Assembly: GCA_963701085.1 (NCBI GenBank)
Contig: OY969561.1
Location: forward strand, 1,024,001-1,088,000
Direction: 5' to 3'
DNA: 64,000 bases
Origin: an uncultured bacterium
GTDB lineage: Bacteria; Babelota; Babeliae; Babelales; Vermiphilaceae
In this document: in pieces, positions 1 through 9,685 of the stretch
Layout: each line of letters begins with the position of its first letter
Position numbering within the stretch: position 1 is the stretch's first letter
Made by a program: the position numbers and the translations under genes
Notes under the pieces: generated by a model
Databases searched by the model: none
Seen by the model: only the letters and a program-made list of their open reading frames with translations
Told to the model about the DNA's origin: nothing

Positions 1-697
1 CCGCTGTAGCAATACCAAAGTATGTTGATCCTTTGCATGCAATAATTTCATACGCCTTATTTTTAACTGACTCTGCCATTGCATTAAGATCTTTTGATTG
101 TATGCCAGGATAGTCCGCAATGGGAATACCCGCAATTTGCGCTGATGACCACGCAGCAAACTGTGAATCACCATGTTCACCAAGTATGTATGCATCCACC
201 GATGAACTGGCAACGCCAGTTTTTTCTGCAATAATACTGTGCAATCGTAATGTATCCAAAAAGGTTCCTGAGCCAAAGACTTGGTTGCGAGGTAGTCCAG
301 CAAGGGATAGCGCATAATAGGTCATCAGATCAAGAGGGTTGGTGACAATAATAATAATCGCTTGTGGGTTGATTGGCTTAATTGTGATAAAGATTGCATC
401 AAAGATGGGTTTATTTGCTTGCAATAGCTTGCGACGATCTTCATTAGGCTCTTGGGGTTTACCTGCAGCTATGACGATAATATCCGCTTGTGCGGCATCC
501 TGAGCATTGCCTAATCTAATCTTGGAAGTCCCATCAAATGATAAGGCATCAGAAAGATCAAGAATTTCCCCCCGGCAGCGGACTTCATTCACGTCCACGA
601 GGATAATTTCAGCGGCTATATTTTTCAGCAGGAGTGCATAGGCCGTTGTAGATCCGACAAAACCAGCGCCAATAATAGCTATTTTTGAGTGTTTCAT
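1..697 (-). CDS. ldh: L-lactate dehydrogenase (3' end runs off window)
   Basis: Not in ORF track; hand translation from ATG at 697: MKHSKIAIIGAGFVGSTTA (Rossmann motif), AAGKPQEPNEDR (Gln at the LDH/MDH specificity site), VTNPLD, GSGTFLDTLR, LGEHGDSQ. Confidence 0.88.
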   Translation of the reverse strand, partial: MKHSKIAIIGAGFVGSTTAYALLLKNIAAEIILVDVNEVRCRGEILDLSDALSFDGTSKIRLGNAQDAAQADIIVIAAGKPQEPNEDRRKLLQANKPIFDAIFITIKPINPQAIIIIVTNPLDLMTYYALSLAGLPRNQVFGSGTFLDTLRLHSIIAEKTGVASSSVDAYILGEHGDSQFAAWSSAQIAGIPIADYPGIQSKDLNAMAESVKNKAYEIIACKGSTYFGIATA

Positions 698-846
698 GGG
701 GTTTTTCCTGTTTTGTATGGCTTAATTATATTTGTCAGTAAGCATTTTTGATGGTATTATAATTAAGATAGTTTTTAATTATTATATTTTTCAACCTTTT
801 TACTCATTTCTCATGACATATGAGAAACGATTGTAGGACCAGCTAA

Positions 847-2781
847 ATGGCAAAAGAACTCATAAGACCGGAACAATTCTGTACGGTCAAAATCAAAGCA
901 AGCTTCGACCCATCTTCCTTACAACTTAATGAAGATCTTCAAAGAGAGCTTGATACTCTTTATAAAGGTGCCGTTGAAACATTTCAATTAGGTAAACTTA
1001 TCACCGGTACTATTATAGCAATAGAAGATAACGGTGTTCTTGTTGATATTAAATATAAATCACGTGGATTAGTGCCTCGCTATGAATTTGGCGAGTATGA
1101 ACTTAAAAAATTACATCCAGGTGATGTTATAGAAGTTATCCTTGATCAACTTGAAGATGCTGATGGCAGAATTGTATTATCATACGAAAAAGCTAAAGAA
1201 ATGCGCGCATGGGATGCTGTCACCAAGCTCTTTGAGAAAGGTGAACCAGCTGAAGGTATTGTTACGCATAAAGTTAAGGGTGGCTTGAACGTTGATATAG
1301 GTATTCCTGCATTCTTGCCGGGATCTCAAATTGATCTACAACGTGTCACTGATTTTGATCAATATGTTGGTCAAACCATTAAAGCTTGTATTCTTAAGTT
1401 AAACAAAAAACGTGGAAACGTTATTATTTCACGTCGTAAATACCTCCATGATCAACGTTCTGAAGATCGTAAGAAGATCTTAGAAACATTGACTGAAGGA
1501 CAAGTAATCCAAGGTGTTGTTAAAAATATTACCAACTATGGTGTATTTATAGACATAGGTGGTGTTGATGGACTTCTTCATATCACTGATATGACATGGG
1601 GCCGCGTTGCACATCCAAGTGAAATGGTACGCATTGGCGAAACTATCGCTGTTAAAGTTCTCAGCTTTGACAAAAACAATGAGAAAATTTCTCTTGGTCT
1701 TAAACAGTTGCAAACAAATCCTTGGGATCAAATTAGCCCAAGTATCGCTGTTGGTAATAAAATCAAAGGTCGTATTTCAAGCATTACCGATTATGGTTTA
1801 TTCATAGAAGTTGCTCCAGAAGTAGAAGGTTTAGTACATATTTCTGAAATTTCATGGACAGATCGTATTACGGATCTTAACCGTCTTTATAAGGTTGGTG
1901 AAGAGATTGAAGTGCTTGTTGTTTCTTTGGATAAAGAAAACCGTCGTATGTCATTGAGCATTAAACAACTTGGTAAAAATCCTTGGGAAATGGTGAACGA
2001 ACAGTTCAAGCCAGGTCAAACAATTAAAGGCAAAATTAGCAACATTACCGATTTTGGTATTTTTGTTCAATTGTTACCAGGCATTGATGGTTTAGTTCAT
2101 ATTTCTGATCTTTCATGGACAGAACATATTGAGCATCCATCAGACCGTTATAAACCAGGCCAAGAAGTTGAAGCAGCTATTTTGGCTATTGATAAAGATA
2201 ACAAAAAAATATCACTTGGCATTAAACAATTAACAATAGATCCATGGGAAAAAGTTGCAGAACAGTATCCTGTAAATTCAATTGTTGATGGTGAAATTAG
2301 CAAAATAACCAATTTTGGTGCATTTGTTAGATTGCCAAATAATATTGAAGGTCTTATGCATAATACAGTTCTTACTCAAGAACAGGGTAAAAAAGCTGAA
2401 GAATTCTTCACAGTAGGACAAAAGGCGCAATTCCGTATTGTTAATATTAACAAGGAAGAACGTAAGCTTGCTTTAAGTACACTTCTTGAAGAAAAGAAAC
2501 AAGAACTGAAAAAAGCTGAGCCTAAAAAAGTTGAACCTAAAAAAGAAAAATCAGAAGGTGCACGCCCGGCTCCACAGCAGCAAGCTCAGCCTAAACCTTC
2601 TTCCGCCAAAGCTTCCTCTTTTGTTGAAGCTTCAAAGGACAGGTCAGACGGCAGACAGCAACCTAAGAAAGAGAAAAAAGAAGAACCTCAACAACAAAAA
2701 GTGCGTGGTTCTTTACAAATTGCTCTTGAGTCTGCAATGCAAAAAACTGATAAAACAAGCAAGAATAATACAGAAGAATAG
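847..2781 (+). CDS. rpsA: 30S ribosomal protein S1 with low-complexity C-terminal extension
   Basis: Repeated S1 domains (ITNYGVFIDIGGVDGLLHITDM, ITDYGLFIEV..EGLVHISEISW). Confidence 0.97.
   Translation: MAKELIRPEQFCTVKIKASFDPSSLQLNEDLQRELDTLYKGAVETFQLGKLITGTIIAIEDNGVLVDIKYKSRGLVPRYEFGEYELKKLHPGDVIEVILDQLEDADGRIVLSYEKAKEMRAWDAVTKLFEKGEPAEGIVTHKVKGGLNVDIGIPAFLPGSQIDLQRVTDFDQYVGQTIKACILKLNKKRGNVIISRRKYLHDQRSEDRKKILETLTEGQVIQGVVKNITNYGVFIDIGGVDGLLHITDMTWGRVAHPSEMVRIGETIAVKVLSFDKNNEKISLGLKQLQTNPWDQISPSIAVGNKIKGRISSITDYGLFIEVAPEVEGLVHISEISWTDRITDLNRLYKVGEEIEVLVVSLDKENRRMSLSIKQLGKNPWEMVNEQFKPGQTIKGKISNITDFGIFVQLLPGIDGLVHISDLSWTEHIEHPSDRYKPGQEVEAAILAIDKDNKKISLGIKQLTIDPWEKVAEQYPVNSIVDGEISKITNFGAFVRLPNNIEGLMHNTVLTQEQGKKAEEFFTVGQKAQFRIVNINKEERKLALSTLLEEKKQELKKAEPKKVEPKKEKSEGARPAPQQQAQPKPSSAKASSFVEASKDRSDGRQQPKKEKKEEPQQQKVRGSLQIALESAMQKTDKTSKNNTEE
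2596..2655 (+). repeat. Degenerate nested type-B palindromic element inside rpsA tail
   Basis: Inner 29-mer 2616-2644 (ctcttttgttgaagcttcaaaggacaggt) matches the reverse complement of 30747-30775 at 22/29 positions; flanked by ttccgccaaagcttc...agacggcag. Confidence 0.65.
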
Positions 2782-2799
2782 CACAGGAAGGCATATTCA

Positions 2800-3285
2800 A
2801 TGGAATTGACAAAATTGACCTTTGCGATGATTAAACCTGATGCTGTTGCCGCTAAGCATTGCGGTAAAATTATTGATATTATTGAGCATAATGGTTTTGA
2901 AATTGTTCGTATGCAAAAGGTTGTTATTGCTAAAGATTTAGCAGAAGAATTTTATGCAGTGCATAAAGATAGACCATTTTTTGCAGAACTCGTTGAGTTT
3001 GTTATCTCAGCTCCTGTCATTATTATGGCGCTTCACAAAGAAGATGCTATTAATTCATGGCGTGAATTGATTGGTGCTACTGATCCAGCTAAAGCAGCTG
3101 AAGGTACCATTCGCAATTCATTTGGAACCAGCATTGGTAACAACGCGGTTCATGGTTCAGATTCATCAGCAACTGCAGCAACTGAACTTGAAATGTTCTT
3201 CCCTGATTTATTTGAATATGAATCAGCGGGCGAAAACTGCTCAAAAGACAAATGTTCAGATGATGACGATTGCTGCGATCAATAA
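2800..3285 (+). CDS. ndk: Nucleoside diphosphate kinase
   Basis: TFAMIKPDAV, GTIR, NAVHGSDS catalytic His motif. Confidence 0.97.
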   Translation: MELTKLTFAMIKPDAVAAKHCGKIIDIIEHNGFEIVRMQKVVIAKDLAEEFYAVHKDRPFFAELVEFVISAPVIIMALHKEDAINSWRELIGATDPAKAAEGTIRNSFGTSIGNNAVHGSDSSATAATELEMFFPDLFEYESAGENCSKDKCSDDDDCCDQ

Positions 3286-3311
3286 TCGCACAGCGATAGT
3301 TATTAAAGAAT

Positions 3312-3354
3312 AAAAAAAGATCTTGTAGATTAATTTCTGCAGGATCTTTTTTTT
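3312..3354 (+). terminator. Intrinsic terminator after rpsA-ndk
   Basis: A-tract, agatcttgtaga/tctgcaggatct stem, T-tract. Confidence 0.75.
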
Positions 3355-3434
3355 GCGTCGAGAGTAATATATAAGGTTAATGTTTTCTGCTATAATATTT
3401 TTAATAAAGCATTCAATAAATACAGAGGTTCTTC

Positions 3435-4220
3435 ATGATAAAGCAGATAGTTATTGTTTTGGTTTTCAGCATCATAATGCAAGCATCTGCTATGGAAATA
3501 CAACCTACAATAGATGATAAAAAATTGTGTTATTTGACCTGCATGCCCGTTGATGTGCAAAATCATATATTATTTTTTGTGAAAGATGATGAAACAGAAG
3601 AAGAGTTTATTGCGCGAATTAAAAATTTAGAAAAATCTTATGCGCATGAGCTGTGTGCAAAATATAATTTGTATGCTAAGCATGGTAGGCACGATTTTCA
3701 TGATATTGCTTTTTGTCTTGATGAATCGAAGTATGTTGTTTATGATTGGACTTCTCGGTTATTAAGATTGGTTGATAGAAAAGAAGATAAAATTTTGCAT
3801 AGTAAAGAGATATGTTGCAATAACAGAATATTTTTGATGCTTGCTCTTTCTCGCCATGCTAATATGATTGCAATGTTCGAACGTTCTAGCCATACAGAGG
3901 AGATTCGTAATGGGGTATTTCATGTAGTCATAGAAAATATTGTTACACACAAAAAATGGGAATTTGAACGATCGCTTCGCTTTGGGGAGACTATAAATGT
4001 ATTTGAATTTAATAAGCAAGGAACTCATCTCATTATAAAAGGAAGTAGTATTTGTTTACAATCGTCCAATGAAATATTGTCTCATTTGATTGTGCCAATT
4101 TTCAATGAAAAGAAAAAGACTGATACGCTACTCAAAATAGAAGATTTTAATCAAAAAACCCCATTTCAGCAGTATTTGATAGAGCGGCGGATTTGTAAGA
4201 GCATTGAATACAAAAAGTAA
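3435..4220 (+). CDS. Secreted hypothetical protein with F-box-like motif and possible beta-propeller region
   Basis: Signal peptide ending ASA|ME; LTCMPVDVQNHILFFV; beta-rich segments such as FEFNKQGTHLII. Confidence 0.6.
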   Translation: MIKQIVIVLVFSIIMQASAMEIQPTIDDKKLCYLTCMPVDVQNHILFFVKDDETEEEFIARIKNLEKSYAHELCAKYNLYAKHGRHDFHDIAFCLDESKYVVYDWTSRLLRLVDRKEDKILHSKEICCNNRIFLMLALSRHANMIAMFERSSHTEEIRNGVFHVVIENIVTHKKWEFERSLRFGETINVFEFNKQGTHLIIKGSSICLQSSNEILSHLIVPIFNEKKKTDTLLKIEDFNQKTPFQQYLIERRICKSIEYKK

Positions 4221-4255
4221 TCCTACGGAGATTATCCGTAGGATTACTTTTTTTT
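4212..4255. terminator. Bidirectional intrinsic terminator
   Basis: aaaaagtaatcctacgga-gatta-tccgtaggattacttttt between convergent genes. Confidence 0.85.
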
Positions 4256-4270
4256 ATTTACATAATTGTT

Positions 4271-5221
4271 TTAGACAACTTTGAGCCAGAGACCTTTTGC
4301 TCTGTCTATTTTGCGTGATAATGAGTCGACTGATTCTGAGACCCTGTCTAACACATGTTGATGCCTTGCAGGAACATTTTTGAGATCTTCCTTGATGTTA
4401 TTTAATTTAGTAAGAAGATCTTTTGCTTGGGTTAACTGATATGCTGTTGAAATTTCCTTTGATAATATCTCTGATTTGCGGAGATTATGCCATGATTTGA
4501 TTGCGGCATGTTGTTTTTTTGTTTCAGCCGAACCACGCATATGCTGTTTTGGCGCGTGATGTTTTTTAGCCGTTCCACTTTCTTGCGTAAGTTTTGCACC
4601 GTGAGTACCAGCGTGCCAATCTATGTCATAGGCAATTCCGTATGAGTTACCTACGATCAAGTTGTGTATAGCGAGCTTGATTGTGTTGCTCCATGGTTGT
4701 CCTAAAATCATTTCTTGGTCGTTCATTGCAGCGCGTATATCTTTAAGCTCTGCATGGAGTCTTCTTTGTTTTTTTTCTGCTTGGCTGCGTACGTCAGCTT
4801 TGCCTGGCTTTGCGGTATCAATGATAAGACCGACATCTGTCATATCGCGTATTTTCAGTCTGTTGCTCTCAAGTTCTATTTTGAGTGAATTTTCACGCAT
4901 GAGTAAATCTGCGAGTGTTAGCGCTGCTTGGCGTCTTTGTGCTGGGTTGTATCCTTTTATGATATTGGTACCAAATGTTTTAAGGTCATTAAGGTTATCG
5001 AGTAATGTTTGTGCAGCTTCACGAGCATTTTTTAAGGATATTTGCTTTTCAGCATCTCCTACAGATGCTTTAAAGACTATATTTGCTGTTTCGACATTTG
5101 CTCCTAATTCTCTAATAACTTGTTGCCCGAGTACCGGTGCTTCGGGTGCTGCAACACTATTGTTAATTATTGTAATGGCGGCTATGACTGTTCCAAGAAC
5201 TATATTCATCATTTTTTTCAT
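4271..5221 (-). CDS. Secreted hypothetical coiled-coil protein
   Basis: Long ORF, signal-like N-terminus MKKMMNIVLGTVIAAITIINNSVA, helical composition. Confidence 0.7.
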   Translation of the reverse strand: MKKMMNIVLGTVIAAITIINNSVAAPEAPVLGQQVIRELGANVETANIVFKASVGDAEKQISLKNAREAAQTLLDNLNDLKTFGTNIIKGYNPAQRRQAALTLADLLMRENSLKIELESNRLKIRDMTDVGLIIDTAKPGKADVRSQAEKKQRRLHAELKDIRAAMNDQEMILGQPWSNTIKLAIHNLIVGNSYGIAYDIDWHAGTHGAKLTQESGTAKKHHAPKQHMRGSAETKKQHAAIKSWHNLRKSEILSKEISTAYQLTQAKDLLTKLNNIKEDLKNVPARHQHVLDRVSESVDSLSRKIDRAKGLWLKVV

Positions 5222-5460
5222 AAACAAATTCCTTTTTTTTGATCTTTTTAACCCATTTTTCTCATGATAGGCTTATCTGTTTCAAATTGTCAACGGCTTA
5301 AAAAAAGAATGATTAAACTTCTATTATATGTGTAAAAAGTATTACGAGTAGTGATATGAACAAATTTTGAATATTTTTTTTAGTACATGCATATAAAAAT
5401 TTGACTGTAAAAATGGTCCGGCTTATGCTAAGTATAGAGCTTTTTTTTAGAAGAGATTGT

Positions 5461-6297
5461 ATGCATATCATCAAAAAGATTCGGACTATTTTTTTTGTTT
5501 TCTTTCTGTCTATGGCGGTTGAAACCAAAGCTCAATCAGTTTTTATACTTATCCATGGAACATGGGGGGCTGATTGTAGTTGGTATACGCCAAGCGGTGA
5601 TTTTTTTGATGCACTAGAAGATACGGTGTGTGAAAAAAACAGTGTTGTCGTTCCTTTCCGTTGGAGTGGTGGTTGTGGCCATGATTCCCGCGTAAAAGCG
5701 GCGCATGTTTTGATAAAACTTATCAAAACATATGATCCTAGTACGGCAATTTTTGTGATTGCTCATAGTCATGGTGGTAATGTGGTAACATTAGCATCGC
5801 ATCTTTTGGCGCAGGAAGAAGACAATAAACACCGTATTCGTGCTTTATTTGCCTTGGGAACACCGGTAATGAGTAACTATTTGCCGAATATGAAAGTTAT
5901 ACAATATGTGTATAATTTGTTTTCTTTTGAAGATATTATCCAGACGGTCTTGGGTATATCAGTGCGTGAATTTCCTGAACATAAACGCATAGCTAATTTA
6001 CGTGTTGTTATTAATGGAAAAGAGCCAGATCATGCAGGGCTTCATCATCCTTTGGTTGGTAAATGGATTGCTTACATTCATCAGCATTTTAAACAATATT
6101 TAGAAGGTAAAGATGTGATTGATCATATATCAGAGCCAAGCGTAGTCTATTTTGACGATAACAAGGCTCCTGAGTATGAGCAAGATATGTATAGAAATGA
6201 TTTGCTTGAGCGTGATCGTCAGCTTTCTGTATTAATACTTAATTCTTTACGGAATTCCTTAGAAACAGGGTCCAATATTCCATTAACAAATCTGTAA
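5461..6297 (+). CDS. Secreted alpha/beta hydrolase (lipase/esterase-like)
   Basis: Signal peptide, LIHGTW oxyanion motif, AHSHGG nucleophile elbow, LGTP. Confidence 0.8.
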   Translation: MHIIKKIRTIFFVFFLSMAVETKAQSVFILIHGTWGADCSWYTPSGDFFDALEDTVCEKNSVVVPFRWSGGCGHDSRVKAAHVLIKLIKTYDPSTAIFVIAHSHGGNVVTLASHLLAQEEDNKHRIRALFALGTPVMSNYLPNMKVIQYVYNLFSFEDIIQTVLGISVREFPEHKRIANLRVVINGKEPDHAGLHHPLVGKWIAYIHQHFKQYLEGKDVIDHISEPSVVYFDDNKAPEYEQDMYRNDLLERDRQLSVLILNSLRNSLETGSNIPLTNL

Positions 6298-6740
6298 GCA
6301 TCTTCCTCGGCAAAGCATTTTGCAAGTTCAATTGCTTCATTAATGATAATGCGAGCATCAGTTTCGGTGTATTTAAGTTCCCAAATAGCAAACAATAAGA
6401 TCAGCTTTGTGCAAACACTTATGCGTTCAGAGCGCCAGTTTGCAAGATAGGGCTCATAAATTTTTTCAAGCTCATCGCGTTTGGTAATGATTGCGTTAAC
6501 TATGTTAAATAGTTCGCCGTTCAAGGGTACATTAAGATCAAAACCACGATTAAAGTTATCTATAATAGACTGCAGAGACTCCTCGTAATTAAAGGCATCT
6601 GCTGCATAGAGAAAGTGAAAAACAAGAGAGCGAACATCACGCCGAGATAAATCATCATATGATTTAGGCATTATTTGCTCGCCATCTTGTTGAGTAATAT
6701 CTTCTGTTGATGTAAAAGAACACATATTAAATTCCCCCAT
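6219..6740 (-). CDS. nusB: Transcription antitermination factor NusB
   Basis: LANWRSERIS, IIINEAIELAKCF, FVNGILD; downstream of efp. Confidence 0.93.
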   Translation of the reverse strand: MGEFNMCSFTSTEDITQQDGEQIMPKSYDDLSRRDVRSLVFHFLYAADAFNYEESLQSIIDNFNRGFDLNVPLNGELFNIVNAIITKRDELEKIYEPYLANWRSERISVCTKLILLFAIWELKYTETDARIIINEAIELAKCFAEEDAYRFVNGILDPVSKEFRKELSINTES

Positions 6741-6766
6741 AAAATTTAATTTAATCAGATTAAAAA

Positions 6767-6806
6767 CCGCTCGCCCTGAGTGCCCCGTTAGGGGTGTATC
6801 GAAGGA
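6767..6806. repeat. Type-A palindromic element (single)
   Basis: ccgctcgccctgagtgccccgttaggggtgtatcgaagga, nearly identical to 18784-18823 and 41829-41868. Confidence 0.9.
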
Positions 6807-6811
6807 TCAAT

Positions 6812-7378
6812 TTATTTTTTAACACGTTCCATATAATTTCTGTCGCGTGTGTCTATCTTAATGACATCGCCTTCATTAACGAATAAAGGAACTTGGAGAA
6901 CAAGTCCAGATTCAAGAGTTGCTGGTTTTGTTGCACCACCTTGAGCTGTATCACCTCTAACGCCAGGCATTGTTTCTTTAATGGTCATTTCCATGAACAT
7001 TGGTGGAGTTACCGCTATTGGCTTACCTTCAAAATTAAGTACGGTGTAAACTGCTTGTTCTTTTAAGAAATCGAGTACTTCTTCAACTTGATCTTTGTTG
7101 AATGAAACTTGATCGTAGGTATTCTGATCCATGAAGTGGTATAAGCCGTTGTCTGAGTAAAGATATTGCATTTCATTGTATTCCAGGTCTGGTTGTTCAA
7201 ATTTTTCACCAGAGCGGAATGTATCTTCCCAGATAAGTCCAGTTATCATGTTTCTCATTTTTGTTTTAACAAAAGCGCCACCTTTTCCTGGTTTTACGTG
7301 ATGATAGTCAAGAACCATGTAGGGAGCGTTATTATAAAGTATTTTTATACCTTTTTTAAAATCTGTCGTAGCGATCAT
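6812..7378 (-). CDS. efp: Elongation factor P
   Basis: HVKPGKGGAF loop, PGVRGDTA, KPATLESG, VPLFVNEGD. Confidence 0.97.
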   Translation of the reverse strand: MIATTDFKKGIKILYNNAPYMVLDYHHVKPGKGGAFVKTKMRNMITGLIWEDTFRSGEKFEQPDLEYNEMQYLYSDNGLYHFMDQNTYDQVSFNKDQVEEVLDFLKEQAVYTVLNFEGKPIAVTPPMFMEMTIKETMPGVRGDTAQGGATKPATLESGLVLQVPLFVNEGDVIKIDTRDRNYMERVKK

Positions 7379-7544
7379 TATAATTTCCTTGGGTTGACGC
7401 AATTAGTCCTTCTCTTAGTATAAAAAAACCCTTTAAAAAAGGCAAATGGCGTCATAATAGGCCATTATGGCAAAAATACCTAAATTCGCATAATCTATAT
7501 ATTCATCGATTGGCCTCAAAACTTCTTAACCTTTGGAAATAGTC

Positions 7545-8777
7545 ATGAACTTGAATATAAAAGACCCACACATATTTCAGATGATTGAACGTGAAAAACA
7601 ACGTCAGGATCAGACGATAAATCTTATTGCCTCAGAAAATTATGCCTCAGGAGCGGTTATGGAAGCAACCGGGTCAGTGTTGACTAATAAATATGCCGAA
7701 GGGTATGCAGGTAAACGTTATTATCCTGGTTGTGCGGTGATTGATGAAGTTGAGCTCTTAGCAATAGAGCGTTGTAAAGAACTTTTTCATGCAGAACATG
7801 CAAACGTGCAGCCACATTCCGGTTCACAAGCAAACATGGCGGTTTATTTTTCTCTTTTGCAGCCGGGCGATACCATTTTAGGCATGAGTTTAAGTTCTGG
7901 AGGGCATCTGACGCATGGACATGGTGTTAATTTTTCCGGTACTTTATTTAAAAGCGTGCAGTATACCGTTGACCAGGAATCAGAACTTCTTGATTATAGC
8001 GCCATTGAAGAAATGGCGCATAAATGTCAGCCAAAATTGATTATTTCAGGGGCATCGGCTTATTCACGTACCATTGATTTTGAACGATTAGCTCAAATAG
8101 CACAGAGCGTTAATGCTCTTTTACTTGCCGATATTGCGCATATTGCCGGATTAGTTGCTGCCCGTCTGCATCCAAGTCCTATTAATTACGCTGATTTCAC
8201 CACGAGCACAACACATAAAACATTGCGCGGCCCACGTGGAGGACTTATTATGACGTCTGCTGCTCACGCAGCTAAAATTGATCGCTCTATTATGCCGGGA
8301 ATGCAAGGTGGGCCATTAATGAATACCATTGCTGCAAAAGCGGTAGCATTTCATGAAGCGCTGCAACCATCTTTTGTTGAATATCAAAAACAGATTATTA
8401 ACAATGCCAAAAACATGGCTGATGAGTTAATTAATTTGGGATATCGCATAGTTGCTGGTGGCACCGATAATCATCTTTTTATTGTTGATTTGCGGTCAAA
8501 AAATATTACGGGGTTAAAAGCAGAAACTGCGCTTGAAAAGGCGGGAATTACCGTCACGCGCAGTTGTATTCCCTTTGATCCTGAAAAACCATGGATAACG
8601 AGTGGCATTCGTATTGGCACGCCGGCTATTACCACGCGTGGCATGCAGGTTGAGACTGCCAAAGAGATAGCACATTTGATTGATGATGTTATTCGGCATC
8701 ATGATAATGAAACGGCGTTGAATGCGACAAAAATTAAGGTTCGGGCTTTGTGTGCAGAGTTTCCGATAAACGTTTAA
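7545..8777 (+). CDS. glyA: Serine hydroxymethyltransferase
   Basis: [37 protein letters not shown]. Confidence 0.98.
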   Translation: MNLNIKDPHIFQMIEREKQRQDQTINLIASENYASGAVMEATGSVLTNKYAEGYAGKRYYPGCAVIDEVELLAIERCKELFHAEHANVQPHSGSQANMAVYFSLLQPGDTILGMSLSSGGHLTHGHGVNFSGTLFKSVQYTVDQESELLDYSAIEEMAHKCQPKLIISGASAYSRTIDFERLAQIAQSVNALLLADIAHIAGLVAARLHPSPINYADFTTSTTHKTLRGPRGGLIMTSAAHAAKIDRSIMPGMQGGPLMNTIAAKAVAFHEALQPSFVEYQKQIINNAKNMADELINLGYRIVAGGTDNHLFIVDLRSKNITGLKAETALEKAGITVTRSCIPFDPEKPWITSGIRIGTPAITTRGMQVETAKEIAHLIDDVIRHHDNETALNATKIKVRALCAEFPINV

Positions 8778-8837
8778 TAATAATTTTCTTGTTTGATTTA
8801 GGTTTTAATTTTTAGATATTTGCTTTTCATTGATGAC

Positions 8838-8863
8838 AAATGATATCATATATGATATCATTT
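8838..8863. promoter_or_regulatory. Perfect 26-bp palindrome, probable HicB operator
   Basis: aaatgatatcata|tatgatatcattt, 35 bp upstream of the hicA start. Confidence 0.65.
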
Positions 8864-8898
8864 TAATTGTGTAAATCTTTCAAAGGAAAAGATATCTT

Positions 8899-9126
8899 AT
8901 GAGTAAAATTGAGAAATTAATTCAGAAGATTTTTGATCATCAGCAAGTATCTTATAGCGATGCAGAAAAGATATTATTAGGTTTAGGGTATGAGTTAAAG
9001 ATTAGAGGATCGCATCATGTTTTTAGAAAAAATGGCTATAAACATGTAACTATTAAAAAGCGACCACAGTTGTTATCATATCAACTTAAAGATTTAGAGG
9101 AGGTTTTAAAAGATCATGGCTATTAA
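8899..9126 (+). CDS. hicA: HicA-family toxin (mRNA interferase)
   Basis: 75 aa, basic, IRGSHHVFRK motif; overlaps the downstream antitoxin. Confidence 0.88.
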   Translation: MSKIEKLIQKIFDHQQVSYSDAEKILLGLGYELKIRGSHHVFRKNGYKHVTIKKRPQLLSYQLKDLEEVLKDHGY

Positions 9127-9502
9127 AAAACAGTACAAAAAATTAAGTTATTATCTCAATTTGCCATGGACATACACGGTTGAACAAGCAAGAGATGAGA
9201 ATGATAGTAAAATATATGTTGTGTGTGTTAATGAATTGCCGGGAATATGCACGGATGCTTCATCAGTGGATGAGGCGATGAAGTTAATTCAAGAGCCAAT
9301 ATCTGCAGCAATCGAATTTTATATGGAAAATAATCAAGATATTCCAGAGCCGATCAGCCCAGAAGATTTTAAAGGTAATATAGCATACAGGACAACAAGC
9401 AGACGGCACTATCTTATTAGTAAAGAGGCACAGAAAAGAAAATTGTCCTTAAGTCAGTTGATTGATAATTTAGTTGATACGGTATTGATGGATAAGCGGT
9501 AA
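9116..9502 (+). CDS. hicB: HicB-family antitoxin with C-terminal RHH-like domain
   Basis: YYLNLPW..VNELPGICTDASSVDEA..IPEP, FKGNIAYRT..LSLSQLI. Confidence 0.88.
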   Translation: MAIKKQYKKLSYYLNLPWTYTVEQARDENDSKIYVVCVNELPGICTDASSVDEAMKLIQEPISAAIEFYMENNQDIPEPISPEDFKGNIAYRTTSRRHYLISKEAQKRKLSLSQLIDNLVDTVLMDKR

Positions 9503-9525
9503 TATAAAATTGATGAAATAATGAT

Positions 9526-9554
9526 AAAAACTCCGATTAAATTCGGAGTTTTTT
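9526..9554 (+). terminator. Intrinsic terminator after hicAB
   Basis: aaaaactccga-ttaaat-tcggagtttttt. Confidence 0.8.
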
Positions 9555-9685
9555 ATTTTTGTTTTTTACTGTATGGGTTGCAGGAGACTTAAGGATTTCT
9601 ATTATTGTTGAACGTAATTTTATTTTGCCTTCTTTATAGGCAATGATTTCTTTGAGCCCTGTTTTTAAGTCTGTGTAAAATTTAC

